A stretch of 64,000 nt of DNA. Source: Balanoglossus misakiensis (Eukaryota > Animalia > Hemichordata). Of the stretch, positions 37,758 through 49,533 are shown in pieces. The stretch is taken from contig CM082593.2 of the NCBI GenBank assembly GCA_040954595.2, positions 1,374,901 to 1,438,900 on the forward strand. Reading direction: 5' to 3'. The notes under the pieces are model-generated. The model worked only from the letters and a program-made list of their open reading frames with translations. It was not told where the DNA came from and did not search any database. The stretch's first letter is position 1; every line of letters begins with the position of its first letter. Position numbers and translations under genes: made by a program.

Positions 37758-40700
37758 ATGTCTCGGGCAACCGTATCGAAATCCCGAGCTGACAAAAACA
37801 AGGCGAAGGATGCCGATCGTGCAGGAACACAGTCAGCATCGGTACCACCGGTTAGCAACGATGTCGTTCCAGGCAGATTTACTGAGGGCGATTGGTAAGT
37901 TGGATCTCCCTTCTTCTGTCTTTGTGTACATGTACGTGTCTACAGATTACGGTTTTACAATGTCGTATCAATCATGTCAATCTCCATATCATGCTCAATA
38001 TATTCCGAGATCTGTATACCATGAATTCATAGGTGTGGCCTACAGTGCGTTACCTGCATTATATATTACCAATATTTGATTTCACTTTTTGCATCATCAC
38101 AGGTCACATCTTCTGGAACGGGAAGATGGAGAAGACTTCATCGTTGACATGGTGGAGGAAATTGTTGATTCTGCTATGACTGTCATTTATAATAATTACA
38201 TTCAGAAGCAGTTATTTCCATATACGATTACACAAGCTAAAGAAGCGATATTGCAAATAATAGAGGTAATTTGTGTGTTGTGGATCTAGCCCATTGAGAA
38301 AAAAATGCAATGTGGAGGATATCTTGCACTATGATGGATCAGTGAGATATATTACATTATAACATATCCTTTTGTAGTATGTGACCAGTAACCATTCCAC
38401 CTTTTCTTTTACTAGTGGCAATTTCTTGCAAGAGATGAAGGAGAAGGCGATGTAACAAATGATGTATCTTGGCAAGAAGAAGAAGGTAAACAACAAAACT
38501 CTTTATCTTGTAGCTATGTAACAGACAAGGAGGAACATTCTCCATATTTGGGGCTATATTGGTTAACCAGCCAATTCATGAGAGCCCTTAAAATATTATG
38601 TAATAATTTATCAGTCTGATGGGGAGCAGACTGCAAAAAAATGTCATACTCAAGAAATATAAAAGAATGGTGACAGTCTATGGTATGGTATTACTTGTTA
38701 TAGTATTCTATCACTTGGATACAATGAAGTGTGGAACAATAAAAAACAAAAGAATTGGACTTCAGAACATTGGTGGCAGTAGTCTATGTTTCTTGTTTCA
38801 ATCCCTACAAAGCTGAAGAAAATACCTGTACCAGTCTGAATTTGTATCTCTTTTTGCTAACAACAGAGCCCATACCAGCCGTGACTGATTCCTGGGCCCA
38901 AGGGTCAGTGCCAAGGTCTCAGATTCCAGTGCGAACACCAACGCCGTCCGAACACGACACCGAAGTCACGTCTATCAGCAATCTGTCGAGACCAGGCACC
39001 GTCACAGAGGATGACCTGACTACATTCAACGAGACGTCAGCCGATGAAGTGCAGCCTGAAGAAATGGCCAAACCACAGGTTGAAACCATCCATGAAGAAC
39101 AAGCGGTGACACCGTCTGTACATCCTGAGGAAGAACAACAAGTTGAAGAAGAGAAGGCCGAGGAAGTCACAACACAAGTACCAATTCAACCTGAACCTGT
39201 GAGTACTTTGTTTGTAAGATACAGTGGAGTGTGATAATGTGTCAATTTTTGCAACACACAAATTTTTTGATACTTGATGTATAACACCACTTACATTGTG
39301 AAAATTGGAAAAGTGCATTTTTGAAACTTGCAGCAAAGTTTATTTACAGACTGGTGAATGAGTAAGATTGTGAGAGACAAGTTTTCCAAAAATCTCTGAC
39401 TTGCAAATTTATAACTGGTTTCTATTTTGTGGCATTTTTTTTGCAGCCAAAAGAGGGAAAGAAGAAAAAGAAATACAAGTACAAACCATATCGTGGACCA
39501 GTCAAATCAGCTGGTTTGAAAATGATGACACAAACTATTGAGGAGACTGAGAGGGCGATGTTGGAAGCAGAATTCATGGCCCAGTTTCAGCAAATGGAAA
39601 GGGAAGAATCAACAGAACCTTATGAACTCCTACAGATGCCATCGTCATGTCATTCAATACTAAAGGTAAACAATATGATGTGATGTATAGTCTAGCTGTT
39701 CACCTCTAGTTTGGTTCTGATATATGCACAGAGCTCTCATCCACATCCACACATTGTCATATTTTGTGAATACGATTGACACATCAAACTTCTGATGATG
39801 AAGAAATATGGAAAGCCACAGCTGTCTTAAGTCCATTGTTACCATTATATGATGCCCATACATCATTATACGACGCTCATACATCTTTATACAATGTGTA
39901 TACATCATTATACGCTGCTTGTGCAACGTTATACGATGTAAATACATCATTATACATTGCCCATACATCATTATACGACGCTCATACATCTTTATACAAT
40001 GTGCATACATCACTATACGCTGCTTGTGCATCGTTATACGCTGTGAATACACCATTATACATTGCCCATACATCATTATACGACGCTCATACATCTTTAT
40101 ACAATGTGCATACATCATTATACGCTGCTTGTGCATCGTTATACGCTGTGAATACATCATTATACATTGCCCATACATCATTATACGCTGCCCATACATC
40201 TTTATACAATGTGTATACAGCATTATACGCTGTGCATACATCATTATACGCTGTGCCTACATCATTATACGCTGTGCCTACATCATTATACGTCGCTCAT
40301 TCACCATGATACTATGCCCGTTCAACATACGGTGCGCGTTTGGCTTTATACTATGCAGACATGTCATTATGATATGCTATGCCTAACCGCAATTCCGTCA
40401 AAGAGGGCGCACTTTTCGGGTTTTTCTTTCTTTATTCTCCTGTCAATCTTCGGCCAACTAGATCTCTGAAACTACTGCAGGTACACTTCTCAAACTTGCA
40501 ACAGTGGTCAAGGTCAATGAGTAGATGTGCAGTGGCTTGTGAATATTTAATTAGTCACGTGACCTGGCGGCCTTATTGGATTTCGTGAAAAAATGCAAAT
40601 CTCAGATCTCAGAAACTACAAGTCAGATCGACTTCAAATTTGGCATGCAGGTAGACTACCTTTTGTCCATCATTTTTGTAATTGGAAATTATGCTGTCAA

Positions 40701-43700
40701 AGTTGCAGGTTTTTTGCTACAATTGTTTTTCTGAAAAACTACTTAAAAATCTTCTCCTCCAGAACCAGCGATTGCCGAGTCACGGGATTCGGGGTATGTG
40801 GTCACCTAACCTATGTCTATATAGTATGCGAAGCGCACTGTGATTGGTCTATCGTTATGGCGGCCATATTGGATTTTCGGAAAACCATTGAAAAATGAAA
40901 ATTCCGTTTTGTAGCCAAAATGATGACAGCATGGAAAATCTTTTTGTGGATATGAGTCATCATATGACCGGAACTTGTCACAATTATTATTATTATTATT
41001 TTTTTTTTGGGGGGGGGGGGTCCAATTTTCCCATGACCTTTGACCCAGTTTTAAAACAACTAATTATATATGCATATGCCTTGTACCTCCTCTTGCAACA
41101 GCACCACAGTCATGAAATTTGTGGACATGGGTACCACTGCTACCAGGACATGACACAAATATTTTGGGAATTTTAGCAATGACCTTTGACCTATTTCTGA
41201 AACATCATTTTTCTGCATATCTTATTCCAGGCTAACCAATAGGGCTAGAGGTCGTGTGTTTGTTGGACATGGTCCACTATGGGGTCAACATTTTATGCCC
41301 AAATTTTGGGTGACCTTGGGTGACCTTTGATCTAATTTCCCATATCTCAGCAGCCGCAGCAGTTAGAGCCCTGGCTTTTGGGGGGATTGAGCACAATGGA
41401 GTCTTACACAAGACTTCATTAATTATGTGCATACCTAATTCTAGGCGAACCAATAGGGCTACGGGTCTGGTTTTTGTTGGACGCAGACTAGTATGAGGTC
41501 CAATATTTTTGCGCAAATATGGGGTGACCTCAGGTGACTTTTGACTTACTTTCCCCATTCTCGCCCCACCAGACTACGGATTTCTTTCGTTTCACTATCG
41601 AAATCACGTACTCTGGTTAAAATGGAGTACCGCGCTGGTATTTGAACATATTGGTAATGCATATTCATGAGATGACATCGTTATAATCTGGCCAATCAAA
41701 GCCCGTCTCTCGAGGAGAGCTGGGACAATAGCACTTCCACACTGGAAGCCGCCATGTTGTTTAGAATGAGATGTAATGAGATGCGTGAATGGGATGTAAC
41801 AAGCAATCTGATTGGTTGTTGGGTGTACTATGAAAGCGCCTTGACCAAATACTGAATACATGGCCGTATTATACCACGTCCTTTTTGGGGGGAGCAGAGC
41901 GCTGCCGTAAAAGGGCCGTGGTTTGCGACGATGACTTTCCCATATCTTGGTATCCACAGCAGATACAGCCTTGGCATTTGCTGGTTACCATGGGAACCGC
42001 TTGTGCCCCGCAAACGCTGCTTGCAGCTTTAATTTAATCTGTACTTGTTATGTATGACATTTTTCTCACCCAAAAAATGTTTATTCAAGCCGAAAATTTC
42101 AAAATTATATCTTTTTATCTTTTTATCATCGAAGTATGTTTCTCGATGATAAAATATGTATTAAACAATTTCTGATGTGCAAAAACTGTGATTTGGTGCC
42201 AAAAATATCATACATAACATGTCGAAAGAGTTTGATCAAATATATTCATATTTTTACAGAGTTATAAAAACTTATTTTCATACTCGTACTGCAGATGCCA
42301 AACTGCGATGGTCGCCCGAAAATGTTTAACTACATGTACTTTCAGTCTCTCGAAACCAAAACCGAATCCAAGTCTTACTTCAGTACCGTCATGTGTATAA
42401 GTGCGCCCTCTTTGACGGAATTGGGGTTAGGAATAGCATATCATAATGACATGTCGGCATAGTATAAAGCCAAACGCGCACCGTATGTTGAATGGGCATA
42501 GTATCATGGTGAATGAGCGACGCATAATGATGTATGCACAGCGTATAATGATGCACAAGCAGCGTATAATGATGTATAAGCGTCGTATAATGATGCATAA
42601 GCGTCGTATAATTCTGTATGGGCAGCGTATAATGATGTATCCACAGCGTATAATGATGCACAAGCAGCGTATAATGATGTACGCACATCGTATAATGATA
42701 TATGCACATTGTATAATGATGTATACACATTGTATAAAGATGTATGAGCGTCGTATAATGATGTATGCACATTGTATAATGATGTATGCATATCGTATAA
42801 TGATGTATGCACATTGTATAATGATATATGCACATTGTATAATGATGTATGCACATTGTATTATGATGTACGAGTGTCGTATAATGATGTATGAGCAGGG
42901 TATAATGATGTATGAGCGTCGTATAATGATGTATGGGCAGCGTATAATGATGTATGCAGAGCATATAATGGTAACAATGGACTTAAGACAGCTGTGGCTT
43001 TCCATAAAGAAACAAATATCTGTGATCAGTACATGTCCAGTTTTAAGCCCTTGTTTTTTGACTTCCTTTGTACAGGCACAAGCTGGAAGGCCACCAGGGA
43101 ATAAAGATGTGACTTACGATGAGAAGGGTAATGTTGTGGCTGTCATGAAGATGGATCCTGAAAGACTACCATCACATAGGTGAGAAATGATTTCTTGAAA
43201 GCAAAGTTACAAATATGTTTCAGTGGCAGATGCAGTCAGTGGCTAACCAAGTTTTATCAGTGTAGAGAACCATTTCATTACCAGTTCTGTATAATGAATA
43301 TAAAGTGCTTGCATTCTTATACATTCTTGTCTCTGCTTTGTAGGATAAAAACTCAATTCAGTATTGTAGACCCAGCAGTAGAAGCCGCACATGCAAGACT
43401 GATCGCAATGCGAACTGGGCGCTACAGGATGTCTCAGGCAACTAAGTCAAAAATGACCACGAGAACAGGAACCACAGTTGACCAAAGTAAGTTGTGTGTA
43501 AGGGAGGGAGAGAACAGGCACACAGGGGTGCAAATATTGGACAAAAACTTACAGTCCATTCCATTTGAGTCAGTTTGGATATTTTCATTTGGGACATCAT
43601 AACTACAATCAGTGACACAAATACATATATATGTGTTAATAATTGTCAATATGGTTACCAGCTCTCAACAGCTCATAGTCAATATGGTTGTTAATACTTA

Positions 43701-44343
43701 AAGGTTCTAGATTAAGTCTATTCACACTATGGTATTCAGAGATCTGCACTCAATTCTCTCATACCATATGCCTCTTCAGCAGGTAACTGATTACTGAGTG
43801 ATTTTTCTCTTTAATTTTTCAGCCATCAAAACAAACGCAGCAACCACACACAGCGTGATGACAGTTGAAACTTTCCCAACACAGAACGTCAGTAATGTGA
43901 TGGACACGGCCATCACACCCCTCCCTCCACCAATGGTAAGCGACCCCTCAGACTGTATCTACTTTAACCCCCTGTGGCGTGGTTGGTGATCATAAGGCTT
44001 GTTTATGTCTTGAATTCTGTAAGAAAAATAACATCTTGAATACACCTTGATAATTAACCATTTTTAAAACCACTTTTCTCTTCAGCTGGACTCGATGGAA
44101 CTTGCTCCTGGTGTTTTAGTCAAAGAAGGCAACCGTGTGAGAAGAGGACCCAAGTTACGCCCTAGACAGGAAGATTTGGTTTCTTCAGCGACTTTGAAAG
44201 CACTCCATCCACTATCCGGCGATCTGCAACCTCGCATTCAGGTCGCGGATATCCTCAATGGACAGACTCCTATACTCAGACCCATTCCAGCAACAGAACC
44301 TATCCCTCCAATTTCATCACAAAGCTATATAAAAACAAACTAA
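37758..44343 (+). CDS. C2orf81: C2orf81 homolog (DUF4639 family)
   Basis: Exons 37758-37894, 38103-38265, 38416-38485, 38867-39198, 39447-39665, 43076-43179, 43344-43486, 43823-43935, 44086-44343. Conserved blocks [66 protein letters not shown] and [12 protein letters not shown]. Confidence 0.88.
39843..40300 (+). repeat. 21-bp minisatellite in left TIR arm
   Basis: Tandem units such as CATACATCATTATACGCTGTG with variants. Confidence 0.95.
40415..42035 (+). mobile_element. 5'-truncated non-autonomous Helentron/HINE-like element nested in the TIR element
   Basis: The 3' end CTTGTGCCCCGCAAAC-GCTGCTTGCAGC-TTTAATTT gives a subterminal IR, a hairpin and a T-rich end. Internal GGCGGCCATATTGGATT and TGACCTTTGACC motifs and an internal tandem duplication resemble such elements. 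The 5' subterminal IR is missing. Confidence 0.6.
42515..42970 (-). repeat. 21-bp minisatellite in right TIR arm (inverted)
   Basis: Reverse-complement units CAGCGTATAATGATGTATG... Confidence 0.95.
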
Positions 44344-45114
44344 GAATTAAACCATCCTGTAAAAATCTTGATTTTGGTTCTATATTAATACCATGTGCAT
44401 AACAGAAACAAACACAGGAGCCTGTATAATTCCACAGCAAACAGATTGTGGCATGGACATTCCATTCATCTCTCTAAAATTGTATATATTTCCTGCTGTC
44501 CAGGTTTTTGTTGGATATTGAAGATTTTCATGTCTGATTGTATGTGTCTTGTAAATTTGACTATTTCAAATTATCCTCGAACCTTTAGATTTCCTTTTAT
44601 TTTCACCTGCATTTCACAAATGCAGAATTGTAATAAAAGTCTTGAACACAAAGATTGAGATTGTTGACTCTGTGTTTATTACATCATCAGTGGGGTATAG
44701 GCCTAGGCCCGAACATAGCGAAACCACTCGTTTGACGCAAATTCGGAAGATCGTCTAAGCTACTGATTTATCGTTTTTAGTCACTTTACAATTAATAAAA
44801 AACTGAAATAGCATCTATACAAGCGCCTGTGTACTGAACTATGAACTATTAAATGCAGGGGTTCTATAGAAAAACATATGTTTATAAAATTTGTGTCGTT
44901 CATTGTATATTTTTTTATTCATGATCGACCCAAATTACTGTTAAATGCGAGTCTGGTCAGCATTTTTGCGAAGAGCGATCGGTGGTTCCTCTGTCTTTCA
45001 TTATTCTGACTTGCCTGGGCAGCCATAATTTATGGTTCATTCCTAAGGAGTAACCTAACCATGGACCCTAGAGAAAGGGTCTATGACCTAACCTAGTAAA
45101 CTAACCAGCTTAAA

Positions 45115-48100
45115 ATGTCTGCATACTTGACGTTTCAGGTCTTGGCCTTGTGGCTTCTATTTGTTGGCAGCAGCTCGGACAGAACTATAAAATTGGTCGA
45201 AGTGGTGAGTAAAAATTTATACATCAACCATTTGGCCAGTCCCTGGAGACAGCCAGAACAGTTGATGGCAAGGCAAGTAAAAAAACACCAAGAATAGTGT
45301 CACTGTCCGATGACTTGTACATTTAGGTCATGCTGCAATCATCAAACACCCATAGTTATTGTATTTAGTGATTCCATATTGTGACAGTTTGCTATTACAT
45401 CATGCACCGTTTGCATCAGGACATTGTCTGTCCAACTCAAGATGGGAATGTGAGTTTTTAAGTGGTCCTTGTCCGCCCATACAATGGTATTCACGTAGTC
45501 GCATCTCACTGAGCTTCCCATTTGAAATATAAACGTATGAACACATTTCAGTGCATGTCATATACATGTGGAACCAAACATATGGTTATCACAATGAAGT
45601 GTTGTCTGTTCGTGCACATAGAGTGCTTTTACTAGTTGAGCTCAATTTTTCAATTCTAAAGTACCAATTTTGTTCTTTACTTTTGAAAATCTGTCCGCAG
45701 TATTTCCATTCACGGAGTGTTAACATCTCCTGCTAAATTGGCCATGTATGCATTTAGGTTATATAGCGTACCACAGGTTTTCAAGAACATATGCTATGCA
45801 AAGCTAGTTGCAATTGTTTTACTGCCGGTATATCCCGGGTTTCTGATAATCAGCCTCCATGGTTCGGAAGGACATGTAAGACCGCAAAGTCGTCGATGTA
45901 TGAGAAGCTTTCACTTTTCCGGCGTAATACAACGAGTGTAAATCTCGAGATTTATAAAACGGCGAAGAGGAACTTCAAACATGCTTGTCGTGACAGTAAA
46001 TGTGACTATCAACGATCGATAAAAGCAAAATTAATGGAAGCCTCTTCCAAGGGAGCTAAGGACTTCTGGAATGTGCTCAAGACAATTGTAAATCGGAAAG
46101 GTTCCATGCGCAATGATATTGACATAGATACGTGGTACGAATATTTTCGAGATTTGTACACAGGTTTCCATTGCAATGCAGAAGAGGACACTCAGATCGA
46201 CCTGGTTTTTTTTCAGTCTGTTAACGAAATATTGGACAATCATGTTCCTTCAGACAATACTGACATGGATTCTGATAGCATGATCAATTCACCGATCACA
46301 GAAAATGAGATTATTAAAAGTCTTTACCGTTTAAAACACGGGAAATCATCTGGTCCAGATGGGATACCATGTGAATTTTATAAATACTCTGCTAATGTGA
46401 TTTTGCCTCTTCTGGTTGAGCTTTTGAATTACGTTTTTGATTCTGGAAATTTCCCCACCGAATGGGCTAGTGCTATTGTCATTCCCCTTTTTAAGAAGGG
46501 CTCCAGACAAGACGTGAACAATAGAGGTATCTCCTTGTTAAATGTTCTCGGCAAAGTATTTACTTCTATACTGAACACTAGACTTACACAGTGGTCTGAT
46601 TCAATGAACAACTTATCTGATTGTCAAGCAGGATTCCGTAAAGGCCATAGTACGGTAGATAATATATTCGTACTGCACGCTATAATTCAAAAATATTTGA
46701 GTGTCAGACGGGGGAAATTTTATTGTCTTTTCGTGGACTTCTCTAAAGCGTTTGATCGTATTAATCATTCCTTGCTGATGTACAGGTTGTTGTCTCTAGG
46801 TCTAAAGGGACAAAGTCTCTCTCTCGCTGCCCCTTTTTCCATTAATTATATATATATAAGTGTTTTTCTGCAGGTGTATCGTCATGGCAATCGCTCTCCA
46901 ATGGAGCCGTTTCCCAAAGACCCAAACCCTCCAAGTACGTGGCCGCAGGGTCCAGGACAACTGACAAATGTAAGTTGGATGTATGATCAGGTGTATAATG
47001 ATTCTACAATGCAGTTGTTTTCAGAAGACACGCCAGGAAAGTTGGTTTTCGACCAATATGAATCAATGATAAAGGTTGACATCACAAGACTAGATTAATC
47101 AAATTGTTTGCCTGTTTGGATGCATAATGATTTGTGGACATTTTTTCTTCCTTAGATCGGAAAGATGCAACATTTTCATCTCGGGCAGTGGTTCCGGAAA
47201 AGGTACGGTGAACCACTTCTCGATCAAAAATACCTCCGCGAACAAATCTACGTCCGCAGTACAGATATGGATAGGACTCTCATGTCAGCTGAATGCAATT
47301 TAGCAGGGCTGTACTCACCAAGTGGAAGTCAAATATGGAACCCGGATGATCAGATACCATGGCAACCGATTCCAGTACACACCAAAGTTGACGAAGAGGA
47401 CATTGTGAGTTTCATTACTTTAAAGTCTCATTACAGTGAATGAATTGATTTATTTATGGGGGTCCCTATTTAGATGGTGACCTATTGTTATTATTTATTT
47501 GGTTTATTTCGTTGCAGCTTCTTGGTATCAAGCCTTGTCCGAAGAAAACCCAGTTAGTAGATGCCATAAAAACTAGCGAGGAAGCACAGAAGTATAATGA
47601 AGATGACATTGTAAGTTTTCTATTAAACATTAAGTAGATATGTGGGAATTTTGTATAAACAATTAAATGTACTGATACTCTATTTGTGTCATTGTTCCAT
47701 TATCGTTTTTGTACTTCATTCATTTCAGGAATTTTTTAATATGCTTAAAGAGAATACAGGACTAGTAAATGCAACAATGTTGTGGAATTTCACTCATACG
47801 GCTGATGCTATTTGGTTTGAGGTAAGCTGAAGACATTATGGTATTGGAAGAGTTCACTTTCCAACAAAACACCAAAACACATCTGATGTATCTGACTGAT
47901 CAAAAATAGTTATTTCAGTAATATGCAGACTAACTGTTGGAAAGCAAAATAAACATTCCCAGGAAAGAAGTAAATATTTCAGGTATTCACAATTAGACAG
48001 GGTTCAGTTTAGACATGTTTTTTTCACTCATGGTATTGGACATTCATGCAGAATCTTGCTCACTGAAATTTTGTCCCTCAGAAATCAGAAAACAAGATCA

Positions 48101-49533
48101 TTCCTGAGTGGGCAACTGAAGAAGTTCAACGCAAACTCAGGGAGATGATGGATTATTCATACTCGTTGATTCACAAGGGCGATAATGTTGAAGTGAAAAG
48201 ACTTACCAGAGGTAAAAATTCATTTCATTGACATTTAAAACTTTTATACAGGCATATTACAACACTTTTCACCAGGCGACTTTTAGATGACCAGCTGCAT
48301 ATTTGCATGTACCTGCAAAAGTTTGAAAAAACGAAAGTTTTAGGTACTCATACATGTGAGGGAGCTGATGGTACGTCAGAAAAATTTATCTTCATATTCA
48401 TTGTCTATCACAGTTGCTTGCTTTTATGCATGTACACACACACACACACACATTTATATATACACTCACATGTGCCAACAAAAATTAGCAAACATCCAAT
48501 CAAGCATATAAATTAATGGAAAGGTTATTTGTATGTTTCTTTGAAGGTGTTCTTGTGAATGAAATAGTTCATAACATGATTGCCAAAGCTTCACAACTCA
48601 ACAATGACACTTATCGCATGCATATGTACTCTGCAGTAAGTATTTATTTTCCTTTTGTAAAAATACATCAACGTTAAGAAATATTGTATCTTTATAGCTA
48701 CCAGTAGTTCTGATACTGTTGTTCTAATTCATGAAATACTTCTTTTTTTGTACAGCATGGTAATACGATAGCAAGTTTGCTGTGTGCTCTGGGTGTGTTC
48801 AACAATAAGTGGCCTCCTCCTGCGTCAACTATTATGCTAGAACTTTATCAAGAAAATGAAGAAAATTTGAGGTAAATCAAAATATGTTTTCTCAACTTAT
48901 GTTTTCTTGTCATAGATTTTTGCCACAAAATTTATCACAAAATTAGTGCCTGTGAAGCAAAATCACAGTTGACATGCCTGTGTTCCAGTATTCTGTAACA
49001 TGACTCATGATTGGCTTTCTTACAGGATACGTCGTCATGGTGACTATCACCACGTAGCTCCAGTCACAGAAATGCCCACTTTTCTTGGGTAAGTCATCAC
49101 TGTGACTTAAATATTGTACATTGTACTGCATTTAGAATGTGTAGCGTTTGAAACTGCATTTCATCCAAAGCCTTTCATTAACTGTTAATATAAAAGGAAA
49201 ATTATTACAGGTGAAACATAAAAGATCCCCTTGCCCAACAAAGCCATAGAGCAAGATCCATTGGTGCCATGTTTTTATTTTATTTTCAGGAATTTCACAG
49301 TGGACATCTGGTATCGCAACGACTCATCAAGCGACCCAATCCCCCTCACAATCCCTGGATGCACGTTACACTGTCCACTTCAAGAGTTCATAGACTTGAC
49401 AGCACCTGTGAGGTTGAGTCGCGAGCAATGGGAGGAGGAATGTGGTGACGTCGATGATGATGATGGAACTTGCTCCTGGTGTTTTAGTCAAAGAAGGCAA
49501 CCGTGTGAGGAGAGGACCCAAGTTACGCCCTAG
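45115..49533 (+). CDS. Histidine acid phosphatase copy 1: chimeric, lacks TM domain, HD->HG
   Basis: Exons 45115-45204 (signal peptide), 46874-46969 (RHGNRSP), 47156-47404 ([12 protein letters not shown]), 47518-47610, 47729-47821, 48082-48211, 48547-48635, 48756-48871 (HGNT), 49026-49088 and 49290-49533, ending ...[29 protein letters not shown]. No frameshifts or internal stops seen; it could be a young pseudogene. Confidence 0.75.
45804..46830 (+). mobile_element. Truncated non-LTR retrotransposon (LINE; RTE-X/L2-like) ORF2 fragment in intron 1 of phosphatase copy 1
   Basis: PPWF linker, [54 protein letters not shown] and [12 protein letters not shown]; stops before the YADD motif. Absent from the paralogous intron of copy 2 (divergence after ATGCTATGCAAAG). 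Confidence 0.92.

Larger units (their letters stand above)
39807..43006. mobile_element. Non-autonomous TIR DNA transposon (IS3EU-like / foldback-type), 3200 bp, intronic
   Basis: Inverted arms 39807-40414 and 42399-43006 (608 bp each), termini TATGGAAAGCC...GGCTTTCCATA, flanked by the direct repeat AAGAAA (39801-39806, 43007-43012). TAY..RTA ends with a 6-bp TSD fit the IS3EU superfamily as I recall it. No transposase. Confidence 0.8.

Noticed and set aside
39843-40300. CRISPR-like array
   Set aside because: Contiguous tandem units without unique spacers, no cas genes, eukaryotic context.
39660-43005. Long Met/Tyr/His/Cys-rich ORFs on both strands (e.g. 39660-40244, 42389-42964, 42446-43183)
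   Set aside because: They are translations of a 21-bp minisatellite that is stop-free in several frames. Only the end of 42446-43183 is real coding sequence (C2orf81 exon 43076-43179).
45791-47098. Active retrotransposon or retron-like RT system
   Set aside because: No endonuclease, no YADD motif and truncated at both ends; it cannot be an autonomous RT.
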